DNA from: Octopus sinensis
Lineage: Eukaryota
Reading direction: 5' to 3'
Length of the DNA stretch: 64,000 bases
NCBI RefSeq assembly: GCF_006345805.1
Contig: NC_043020.1
Coordinates: forward strand, 22,692,001 to 22,756,000
In this document: positions 35,058-45,734 of the stretch, in pieces
Position numbering within the stretch: position 1 is the stretch's first letter
Layout of the letters: each line of letters starts with the position of its first letter
Made by a program: the position numbers and the translations under genes
Notes under the pieces: generated by a model
The model's input: the letters and a program-made list of their open reading frames with translations, nothing else
What the model was told of the DNA's origin: nothing
Database searches by the model: none

Positions 35058-35319
35058 AATTTCTTTATTGCCCACCGGGGGCCAAACATAGATATGGACA
35101 GTACAACTGATGGGATCAGTGAATCGATATGATTTTACATAAATGTGACATCAAAAATAAAATACAATACATAAAAATCGAATGGAATACACAGTACAAA
35201 AACAATACAAATGAAGCGATGATCAAGTTACGCTCCGATCCCACAAGCCCCGATCTACCGCTGATACCTTTTTATTTTTCCTTTTTTTTTTTTTTTTTTT
35301 TTTTTTTTTCCTCGTCTAT

Positions 35320-38300
35320 TCACACGGTTCCTTGCACGCACAACACTCGTGCAACATACTTCCATCTCTTTTGGAACGTACACTCTGACAGACACCTCTT
35401 CTCCAGCCACAGTTTCCTTTTCAAATGAAAAGAAAAAAAGGATCGTAAATTGTCACCAGAGATAAAGTTGCCTGTCTTAATTCCTTTTATCCTAGTATTC
35501 CATACAGCCTCTTTTGCTATTGCTACAACCGTGAGAAAACAATTCTTACCTTCGTTCGTTAGAACTCCCGGTGGGTCAATTTTTATAATTGACTCAGTCG
35601 ACAGCCGTACTCTTCCTTCGCCGGACAACAGATGTTCAGCATAAGCCCACATTTCAGTTATCTCCGGACACTGAACAATAGCGTGAGGGACGGTTTCCCT
35701 GTCCCCACCGCATCTTGGACAGGTCGGCGACTGACGTTTACCATGTCTTGCGAGCTTACCCCAAACGGGCAAGGCACCTCTGTAGCATTGCCAGGTTAAG
35801 GACTTTTGGAAGTTGTCCAACGTTCTCAACCCGAATGTACGATGAAACAAGCTGTCCAGTTGAATAAATCCGAGACCTAGAGTCGACCCCAGGCCATCGT
35901 CGCATTCAGACTCTACCAACCCACTATATAAAATCCGTGTGGAACCCCCACCGCTGGCGTTGCCCGAGCGCCGGAACAGCAAGAGGGCCTTACGGCACTC
36001 TTTATGCCACTCACTCGACCTCGGTCTACGAGAACACCAGGCTTCCTGTTCGCAAAAACTCTTGAACTCATGGAACATTTGTCTGGCCAGCGGAGACCAC
36101 ACCCGTTCACTATCCAGGAGAATCCAGAGGTGCCTCAACCTCAACGCATGTCTGCGCATCATTAACCAAGGCATCCCTAAACCTCCATTTAAAGGCTTTT
36201 GACAGCAGACAGAGCGTTTCACAAGTGGCGACCTGCCCTTCCACAAAAAGCGAAAGAGCTGTCTCTCCAACCTGATCAACCACGAATCCGGACAGGGCAC
36301 GACAGTCAGGCGGTAGGTAATGACCGATGCGATAAACACATTGGCCACTTCCGCCCTCCCTTTCAGGGATAGCCACCGCCAAGACCAAGTCTTGACTACT
36401 GCAGCCACCCTGCTCAATACCTCCGTCCAGTTCTTCTCTATCTGGAGGCCTGGTCCAAACCAGACTCCCAGCAACTTAACCGGTCCCTCCGTCCAGCGCC
36501 TAACAACACTGTCTGAAGGCATCGACTTGCCAACCCAGGTGCCGAGCTGCAAGCCGACCGACTTTTCCCGGTTAATCTTTGCTCCTGCTACCTCCTCGTA
36601 AGCCTCAATAGTCTTACCTACTTCACGTAGGCGTACCACTGTGGTTACACTGATAGTGATATCATCCGCGAAAGCCGTAACAAACTCCTCTAGTCCTGGT
36701 TCTCTCGGGATGCCACTCAACCTTTGCAGTAATGGCTCGAGAGCCATCACATACAAAAGTGGTGAAAGCGGACATCCTTGACGAACCGAGCGTCTGATGC
36801 AGAACGGCTTCGAAAGGAAACCGTTCACCCGAACTATCGAGTCAATGTTGTGGTACAAAGCGATAAACCACCTGAGGAAGCCAAGGCCCAGGCCAAACCG
36901 CGCAAGTACAGTCGCTAGGTATCGATGGTCAACCCTATCAAAAGCTTTAGACTGGTCCAAATGCACCAATGCCCCACCTTTGCCAGATTTATTACCAAAC
37001 CTCTCTATGGTATAGCGAATAAGATGGAGGGTATCCTGAATGGTTCTGCCTGGGATGGCACATGTCTGTGCCTCCCCGACTATACCATTCGCGACACGCG
37101 CCAACCTTTTTGCTAGAACCTTGGCCAAAATCTTCACTTCTGCGTTTAACAGAGTGATGGGCCTGAAATTCTCTAGAACGTCCCCCTTGTCCGGGTCCTT
37201 TCTGACCAACGTCACTACTCCCCGGCGCACAGATCTGGGGATAAACCCATTCTGTTTCCAGTTCGCGTACACGTCAGTCAGTAGTTGCCCGAACAAGTCT
37301 GGCATACATTTATACAGCTCGTACGGAAGACCATCAAGTCCCGGTGACTTACCCGCTTTACAATCGGCCAAAGCCTCCATCACCTCCTCAAGTGTGATTG
37401 GCCCTTCGCAAGACTCCGCATCCGACCCCGAGAGGCACGGCAGCCCGGTAAGAAAGTCCTCGAGGCCTCTCCCACCACCAGGACCGCCGTCACCCCCGAA
37501 CAGCTGGGCGAAGTACTCCCGAAAGACCTCACACATTTTCTCGGGTTCGTTTATCAAGACACCATTTTGATTCGTCAAAGACCGAATAGAGGAACTATTT
37601 CCTTGCCGAGCTTCCACCACTCGGGCCCATCCAGCGGCTTTGATTCCTTCACTTCCCATTGCACGTAACTTAGCTCTGGTAATACTTCCCATGTGGTGGG
37701 CTTCAAGATGCTGGTTTAACTCCAGTCTTTTCACCCTCGCTTGGTCTGTATTACCAGTCCTCCAGGCTTCTTCTAGTTCCTTAACTAGACCATCTCCTAT
37801 TTTACGTCCCTTCTTAGCTAAACTTATGCTAAACCTAATAGACTCATATTTGATGGCTCTTTTTAGGGCGTACCACCATTTGTTATTAATGATGGTACCT
37901 GTTAATGCCCTCTGTATTAACATCTTGATCCGCTTTCTGTACTCCTCAATCGCCAAAAGGGACGTATTGAGTTTCCAGTAGCCAGATCCCTGTCTATGCA
38001 ACTTATCTACCGTCAGTTTACAGGTAACCATCTTGTGGTCACTGTAGCTGACTAGAAAAAACTGTGGACACTCAACTATGGACTTATCTTTTTCTCTAAT
38101 TAAAATCCTATCTAGATATGTTCTGGTAGACCCGTCACTATTTGACCACGTCCACTGTGGAGTGTTCGGGTGCTCCAACCTATATGGATCTGCTAGCTGA
38201 AATTGACTTAGCAGATCCCGAAAGCCTGTGTTACATTTTCTGTTCATGTTCGAGTTTGAGCCAACACAATCTGTGTGTGCTGCACATATTGTATTAGAGT

Positions 38301-38724
38301 CTCCTAACAGTACTAGTGAATGCGACGTGGCTAGGAACTTTCCTAGGCCACGAAAATATTCAGTTTGCGGGCCAATAATGTTTGGTGCATAAATAGCGAC
38401 CAGCCTGATTGTCTTGCCACAACTGAATGTCAAGTCGAGAACGACCAGCCTGCCTTCTGGGTCAGAAAAAACCAACTTTTTCTCGGCTACCCGGTTTCTT
38501 TTTAGTAGGACCAACACCCCACCCCCACCTCCCGCCCGACTCGGAGAAACGTATTTCTCGTAGCCGTTCAGGAGGGGGAGCAGATCTCTTGGCCCCTTCA
38601 CCCGGGTTTCCGTTGCAACAATTACATCCAAATTTCTCGACCTGATGTCATTCAGAAAGCGTCCTTGCTTCCAGCTTGACAACAGGCCATGAACATTTAA
38701 ACAACCAATGTGAATAGCCATCAC
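35320..38724 (-). CDS. LINE ORF2: APE endonuclease + reverse transcriptase + C-terminal CCHC, 1134 aa, uninterrupted
   Basis: EN motifs NVHG, TETR, IYAPN, GDSN, LDR, SDH; GSGYWKLN linker; RT motifs KSPGLDG, RPITLLN, DQSKAFDRV, QGCPLSP, FADD; CPRC...H....C. Confidence 0.95.
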   Translation of the reverse strand: MMAIHIGCLNVHGLLSSWKQGRFLNDIRSRNLDVIVATETRVKGPRDLLPLLNGYEKYVSPSRAGGGGGVLVLLKRNRVAEKKLVFSDPEGRLVVLDLTFSCGKTIRLVAIYAPNIIGPQTEYFRGLGKFLATSHSLVLLGDSNTICAAHTDCVGSNSNMNRKCNTGFRDLLSQFQLADPYRLEHPNTPQWTWSNSDGSTRTYLDRILIREKDKSIVECPQFFLVSYSDHKMVTCKLTVDKLHRQGSGYWKLNTSLLAIEEYRKRIKMLIQRALTGTIINNKWWYALKRAIKYESIRFSISLAKKGRKIGDGLVKELEEAWRTGNTDQARVKRLELNQHLEAHHMGSITRAKLRAMGSEGIKAAGWARVVEARQGNSSSIRSLTNQNGVLINEPEKMCEVFREYFAQLFGGDGGPGGGRGLEDFLTGLPCLSGSDAESCEGPITLEEVMEALADCKAGKSPGLDGLPYELYKCMPDLFGQLLTDVYANWKQNGFIPRSVRRGVVTLVRKDPDKGDVLENFRPITLLNAEVKILAKVLAKRLARVANGIVGEAQTCAIPGRTIQDTLHLIRYTIERFGNKSGKGGALVHLDQSKAFDRVDHRYLATVLARFGLGLGFLRWFIALYHNIDSIVRVNGFLSKPFCIRRSVRQGCPLSPLLYVMALEPLLQRLSGIPREPGLEEFVTAFADDITISVTTVVRLREVGKTIEAYEEVAGAKINREKSVGLQLGTWVGKSMPSDSVVRRWTEGPVKLLGVWFGPGLQIEKNWTEVLSRVAAVVKTWSWRWLSLKGRAEVANVFIASVITYRLTVVPCPDSWLIRLERQLFRFLWKGRSPLVKRSVCCQKPLNGGLGMPWLMMRRHALRLRHLWILLDSERVWSPLARQMFHEFKSFCEQEAWCSRRPRSSEWHKECRKALLLFRRSGNASGGGSTRILYSGLVESECDDGLGSTLGLGFIQLDSLFHRTFGLRTLDNFQKSLTWQCYRGALPVWGKLARHGKRQSPTCPRCGGDRETVPHAIVQCPEITEMWAYAEHLLSGEGRVRLSTESIIKIDPPGVLTNEGKNCFLTVVAIAKEAVWNTRIKGIKTGNFISGDNLRSFFSFHLKRKLWLEKRCLSECTFQKRWKYVARVLCVQGTV

Positions 38725-39108
38725 TTACCTGTTTAATTAGGATTGTCCAGTGGAGGGGGACCCTCCACCTTTTTTTTATCCAGGGTCGGAGGTGGACGGT
38801 CTTGGGAAATAGATTTGTCAAAATCCCGTCTCACCACCGACACAGAATTATCAGGTGGAGGGGGAATCTCCACCTTTTCCTTTTCTCGCGGGATCGGAGC
38901 TGGTAATCCATGAAATATCGACTTGTTAAAATCTAATCTCAATGAAGATACAGTCTTTCTGTACTTATTTTGTAGAATTCTATAAGTCTTATTTGAGACT
39001 TCATATATGTCGTAATTGATAAATTCCTCTGAAAGGTTATCAATTTTTTTACAGTCTTTATGAGTTGAATGTCTCTCATGAGCTCAGTATCTTTAGTGTA
39101 TACGGCTA

Positions 39109-40260
39109 TTATGCCTTTTTCTTCTTTTTCTCTTCTGGCAGTCTTTTTGGTCGTTGTTCTGTAGTAGTCGCCGCTCTCGGCTGGGTTGCTGGTTGTATTT
39201 TTCTTTTGTTTGTTGTTTTTTTCTCATCTGTTTCTTCTTTATCTTCTTCCTCTTTGTCTTTTTTCTCCTCTTCCTCCTCTTCTTCATTTTCCTTGCAGTT
39301 CCTTCGAATGTGGCCTAATTGACCACATAAAAAACATCGAGGTTTTCGGCCCTCAACAAACACCACGAGGTTCTCCTCCCCTACCTCAATTGTCTCAGGA
39401 ATTGTTTGAATTATTTTAGGGTCCGCTTGAATGAGAAGATTAATTGTTTTACCATCCCAGCGTGGGTTTTCCGTAGCGGTAGCCTGGAGGAGAGTAATTT
39501 TTTCTACCTCTTTGATTAGGACTGCCGCCAACAACCACATAGGTTCGACCTCTGGCGGGACCCTTGTAATTTTTATTCGCGACGTCCTCATCCCCATATA
39601 ATAGGGTATTAACTCCACGTCGTTCGTTTTCAACGTTTCCACTGAGTTCTTGTGTGCTATTTCTTTATTGGTGAACCTTACTTCCACCGTTCCGAATTTT
39701 TTTCCTCTTCTCAGAAATACTACGTCGCCCAATATTGGCTTTAAGCACTTTTCTATTTTCTCTTCTGACATTCTTTCAATTTTTCTATTTTGTAGACAAT
39801 ATGTTTTGAAAATTATTGTTTTTTGCTTTTCTTCCTGTAATAACTTTTGCGGAGGTTCAATTTTCACACTGTTGTCATTTATTTCCATCATTTTGCTGTA
39901 TTTCATAATTTCGCTTTTATTCGTCGACAGTATCTGGGTTCCACCCCCAGCAGCCAACGCAAAACTTTTTTTTCCATTTTTTGGTTCTATCTGGATGCTA
40001 GGCACATCAATTATTCTCTTCGACACAATGCCTTTGTTCTCTGGCAAAGTCGGAAACTCTTCTGGTGAAAGTTCTGACGAGCTCTCAGACACATCTCCAA
40101 AAATATCAAATATATTATCCTCTCTGCTATTCCTTCTTGTAGCGGGGGAAACCCCTATTTCCTTGTCTGTAGTTGGCTCCTCGCCGGACATGTATTTCCT
40201 CCTCTCAACAGGAGAAACAAGTATTTCTGCTCCAACGGTAGGCTCCATGCTAGACGACAT
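39109..40260 (-). CDS. LINE ORF1 (gag-like, zinc knuckle)
   Basis: CFLCGQLGHIRRNC knuckle followed by an acidic/basic tail. First ATG at 40258-40260 (the ORF track starts further upstream at 40287). Confidence 0.85.
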   Translation of the reverse strand: MSSSMEPTVGAEILVSPVERRKYMSGEEPTTDKEIGVSPATRRNSREDNIFDIFGDVSESSSELSPEEFPTLPENKGIVSKRIIDVPSIQIEPKNGKKSFALAAGGGTQILSTNKSEIMKYSKMMEINDNSVKIEPPQKLLQEEKQKTIIFKTYCLQNRKIERMSEEKIEKCLKPILGDVVFLRRGKKFGTVEVRFTNKEIAHKNSVETLKTNDVELIPYYMGMRTSRIKITRVPPEVEPMWLLAAVLIKEVEKITLLQATATENPRWDGKTINLLIQADPKIIQTIPETIEVGEENLVVFVEGRKPRCFLCGQLGHIRRNCKENEEEEEEEKKDKEEEDKEETDEKKTTNKRKIQPATQPRAATTTEQRPKRLPEEKKKKKA

Positions 40261-41281
40261 TCTTCCCCCCAAAGGGGGAATGAACAACGCGTGCTACCAC
40301 AAGCACTAAGTGTTTTCAATTGAAAACTCCAACAGTTAAGTTATTCAACAGTTTAACAAGAAACAACAGTTGTTAACAATATTAACACCACGAAACAGCA
40401 ATTCTTACTTCACGAACACATGTGCGGCAGACGAAATACCGCTATGCATTTTGCCCGGCGTGCTAACGAATCTGCCAGGCTGTATGTGTGTGTGGCTATC
40501 ATACTTCGTTTCGCAAGTGTTAAGGCCACTCATTGAGATGTCTCCTGGTGTTTGTGAAAGCACAGAGGACCTTTTCAACAGGGTTAATGAATGTAACCGC
40601 TCCTACAACCTGACAGATTGTATAGTAGGCAGTATGGATGTGGTATCACTCTACCCATCTATCGACATTGACTTTGCTGTAGAAAGATGTGTGGAAATTA
40701 TCTCCGAGAACGAGTTATTCTTCTGTGAGGTGAACACATTGGAACTGGGCCTCCCCCTGAAGCTCGTTTACGATAGAGAATACTTGGCTCACCACGACCT
40801 AAGTAGATTCTGTCCCACTAGGTAGACAAATGCGGTAGACAAATCGCAATCACATCAACAGCTAGGAAAACCACCGCACATGCAGTGGGTGCAAGTTTAA
40901 AGATCACCCTACAGAACCATATAGTTAAATTCAACGAGAAGCTTTATATACAAGTTCAGGGGATAGCCATCTGTGTCAGTGTGGCTGGGGACGTAGCTGG
41001 CCTATTCATGGTCTGATGGGCTAGAAAACTGAAATAAGCTCTTGAGGAGCACTCAGTAGTAATCAGAATGTATGGGAGATATGTGGATGACATCAACATC
41101 ATGTTCAAGACACCATCGAACAATCAGACTGAAGAGAACGAGAGTTCATGATGGAAAGCATTCAGGGTATAGCTAATTCCGTACACCAAAGCATCAGGGT
41201 AACTATAGATTACCCAACAAGGCACTCAAACAAGAGACTCCCAGTCCTTGACACAGAGCTTTGGCTAGAAATCGTTTACAA

Positions 41282-41509
41282 GGCGAGCTGGCAGAAACAT
41301 TAGCACACCGGACGAAATGCTTAGCGGTATTAAGTCTGCCGTTACGTTCTGAGTTCAAATTCCGCTGAGGTCGACTTTGCCTTTCATCCTTTCGGGGTCG
41401 ATTAAATAAGTACCAGTTACACACTGGAGTCGATGTAATCGACTTAATTCGTTTGTCTGTCCTTTTTTGTCCCCTCTGTGTTTAGCCCCTTGTGGGCAAT
41501 AAAGAAATA
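41282..41509 (+). mobile_element. SINE-B monomer inside the Penelope relic
   Basis: Imperfect TSD AGAAATCGTTTACAA (41267-41281) / AGAAACCGTTAACAA (41510-41524). Confidence 0.8.
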
Positions 41510-42252
41510 AGAAACCGTTAACAACAAAGTTCAAATTCTCCACTTACACTGTATGAAACCCATGTCCTTGAAGTATGTAATCCGTAAGAGTTCGGCTCTA
41601 TCACATAATGTGAAAATTAACATATTAATAGCTGACTTAGAATAATGAAAAACATATTACCCTCTGTGCAAACCCTGGAAGAACCAGAGACACACACAAG
41701 ACCTCATGCATCACATGCAATTTTCGGGAACGTAACGGCAGACGAAATACCTATTTCGTTACTACCCACAAGGGGCTAAACACAGAAAGGACAGACAAAG
41801 GGATTAAATCGATTACATCGACCCCAGTGCGACCCCGAAAGGATGAAAGGCAAAGTCGACCTCGGCGGAATTTGAACTCAGAATATAACGGCAGTCGAAA
41901 GATAGGATTCGAGTGTACAGTGGGGCTAGCAAGAAATTTGAAGAGATTGTGAATAAGGATGCCGATGGAACACAACCTAGTTACCGTAATAAGCAGTAGA
42001 ATAGAATAGAAAGAGTTTATGATAAAGGGAACAAAAAGAACACATGGTACAATGCCGACAAGTTCCAAGGGATAATGTTTGTAGAAGCCACACCACACGG
42101 GGAACTAACCTGCAGATTTAGAAAAATCCTGAAGGATACAAAGTTGAACATAAAAGTCATAGAAAAATTAGGGCGACCCATCAGGTCAGTAATATGCAAA
42201 ACAAACCCCTTCAGAAAGACCACGTGTGTAGAGGAGAACTGTGTAGTGTGCA

Positions 42253-42496
42253 GGGGCTAAACACAGAGAGGACAAACAAGGACAGACAAACGGATTAAGT
42301 CGATTATATCGACCCCAGTGCGTAACTGGTACTTATTTAATTGACCCCGAAAGGATGAAAGGCAAATTCCGCCGAGGTCGACTTTGGCTTTCATCCTTTC
42401 GGGGTCAATTAAATAAGTACCAGTTACGCACTGGGGTCGATATGATCGACTTAATCCGTTTGTCTGTCCTTGTTTGTCCTCTCTGTGTTTAGCCCC
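42253..42496. repeat. SINE-B-derived palindrome (114-bp arms, 16-nt spacer)
   Basis: The same SINE-B body segment is present in both orientations around 42367-42382. Confidence 0.85.
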
Positions 42497-42878
42497 ATTG
42501 TGGGTAGTTAAGAAATAGATATAGTTCTGGTGTCAACTGCAAAACCAGAAACGTAGTTTATCGAATAAAATGCTTGGATGGTGATTGTGAAAACCAGAAG
42601 TCTGCATACATAGGTGAAACGGCGAGAAGTTTCGCCGAACGTATAAATGGACATTGGCGGGAATTCAGGAATCAAAACAAGCATTGATACTCTACTAGCA
42701 TGCCAAAGAACAACATGGTGTTGTGTTGAACCGGATTAGCATAGAAATGTTGTCTAGATATCCGGACGACACATCGCTACGACAGGTGCGAGAGTCAGTC
42801 TCCATAAATGAAGCACGACCAGTTTTGAATAGTAAATACTCTCAATAGAAAAAAGCCTTACAAGGACCCATGGACACA

Positions 42879-42922
<44 letters not shown>

Positions 42923-43421
42923 ATGGACACACACACACAAATACACAAACACACAGGAACTCATACACATACGAACGCGCACACATACACACGAACACAC
43001 ACATATAATGCTCACATACACACGGACACACAAACACAGACACACACGCTCGTACACACATGTCCCCACTTACACACACGGACACGCGCACGCATACTCA
43101 TGCTCAGATAGACTTCAATTTATTCAACATTTATCAAACAAAGAAGACGGTTAAACTGTCTTTGAGAGAAAAGTCATATGGAGGAACGCGTGCGTTTGCC
43201 AAGAAAACAAACAGAAAACCAAAACCGCTATCTTACGTATATGAAAAATGACATATGTCAGTATTAAAAAACACACACACATTACACAAATATGTAATAC
43301 GCACACACAAACATACACACACTCACTTATTCCACAGTCATCTCCGTTCAATTCATTTTATACAAGCATGTTTGTACCGATTGATGGCGATGATGTTGGC
43401 TACGAGGATTAGCGGTTATTT

Positions 43422-44177
<756 letters not shown>

Positions 44178-44188
44178 TATATATATAT

Positions 44189-44330
44189 GTAAATGTAATA
44201 TGGGACAATTATTCGGTAGCCATGATAAAACTCCGAGTTTCGGATGCCGAGGTGGAAATCCACGTCGCTATCTCTTCAGTTATTCGGCCATCGGAAAAAT
44301 TGCCGAATAATTGTCACATATTACATTTAC
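44189..44330 (-). ncRNA. Candidate type-I hammerhead ribozyme inside a 28-bp inverted repeat
   Basis: Minus strand reads ..AAUAA-CUGAAGA-(13-bp imperfect stem II)-GAAA-CUC G GAG-UU/UUAU.. The outer inverted repeat is 44189-44216 / 44303-44330. Confidence 0.45.
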
Positions 44331-44993
44331 AGATAAATTCCTCTACATAATATCGAGGACTCTTCTTTCTTTTGTTGTCTTACCATATATATATATATAT
44401 ATTATATATATATATTATATATACCATTTTTATCAATATACATATATAATATATATATATAATATATACCATTTTTATCAATATATATTATATATATATA
44501 TATATATATTATAGTTTCCAGTTAGATTTATATGAAGTATAACCTAACATTATAGGAAGATGAATAGGTACGATCTGTAACAGCCATTTTCTATAAATCG
44601 ATAAAAGAATTTGCGTGGGTTTCCTGATATCACTGGAATAAATCTTGATTTAAATGCAAAGACAAAGAAATGTATCCTTATACTATGTTCCAAACGTTTA
44701 GCAACACCATCGATATCATTGTTAGTCTTAGTTATTGATTGATAAAGAAAAATTGGTCGCAAATTTATTTTATTCAATCTGGTTTATTCAAGAGGTTGAA
44801 TTAAAAAAAAAATGTTATAAATATAAAGGCGTAGGAGCGGCTGTGTGGTAAGTAGCTTGCTTACGAACCACATGGTTCCGGGTTCAGTCCCATAATAATA
44901 ATACAAAACTTTCGTTTCAATAAGTTCCAAGTTACTCTGGTGGTTAAAAAAAAAATGTGTATCATATATGATGCATTGAAGCCAGGGAAATTA

Positions 44994-45730
44994 CGAGGGA
45001 GTACCCAAAAGAAACCGGAATTTTGCAATGTTATTCTATTCACTTAGTTTTAAATGTTTACACTTTTACCGTCTTCAAAGAATTCTCCATTTGAAGCAAT
45101 GTATTGGTCCAGACGCGTTTTCCACAGTTCGAAGCAGTTCTGGAACTCTTGCTAAGTGAATGTCTTTTAACACCTCCGTTGTTTTTTTTTTATTCACCTC
45201 TTCCACATCTGCTAATTTCGTAGCACCAGTTTTCATCATCAGTGATGATCTTAGATAAAAGGTCCGGATCAACTTCCAACTGTTCTTTCAGTTGACGACA
45301 CGCATTCAGTCGTGGTTGATTTTGATCTACCACAACTATTTTCACTCGCAATTTCTCTCTTAAAATTCGTTGGCAGGAGGTCCAGAACACACCGGTCATA
45401 TCAACACGTTCGTTAATTGTTCGGTGACTGTCCTTCAAGATCAGTTCATGAATTTTCATGATGTTCTCATTCGTTCGGGAGGTCGACAGTCATCCTGAAC
45501 GAAGTTGATCTTCAAAGCGACAAGTGACCGTTCCTAAAGCGTGCAAACCACTTGTAAACTTGCATTTTGCTCATGGCAGCGTGCTTGTAAGCTGTTTGCA
45601 AGCGTAACAACTGTTTCGGCCGCTGTTTTCCACAGCACAAAAAAAAAGAAAAAAAATTTCACGGAAGCACGCTGTTCTTTAATTTCAGCCATCGCAAAAA
45701 TCAACGAACAGGGGAGAAGCACTAGGAGCA
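44994..45730 (-). mobile_element. Mariner transposase relic
   Basis: EQRASVKF..L.KTAAET, KIHELI..D..RTI and IITDDENWCY peptides, with TA|CGAGGG terminus at 44992-44999. Internally deleted. Confidence 0.85.
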
Positions 45731-45734
45731 CTCC

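Larger units (their letters stand above)
35058..40424 (-). mobile_element. Full-length L1/Tx1-like non-LTR retrotransposon (~5.37 kb), 16-bp TSD
   Basis: 5' UTR, ORF1 (CCHC), ORF2 (APE-RT-CCHC) and 3' UTR. CGGCAGACGAAATACC at 35042-35057 and 40425-40440. Confidence 0.9.
40480..42850 (+). mobile_element. Degenerate Penelope-like element (RT + GIY-YIG), interrupted by three SINE-B insertions
   Basis: SMDVVSLYPSI, QVQGIAI, RYVDD, LPVLD, KPMS, FVEATP, NPF..C....C..C and NVVYRIKC...YIGETARSFAER, with stops and frameshifts. Confidence 0.85.

Noticed and set aside
40370-40825. 151-aa ORF that appears to fuse LINE 5' UTR, SINE head and RT sequence
   Set aside because: A chance open frame across the junctions. 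Only the part after about 40480 is Penelope RT, and it stops at 40825.
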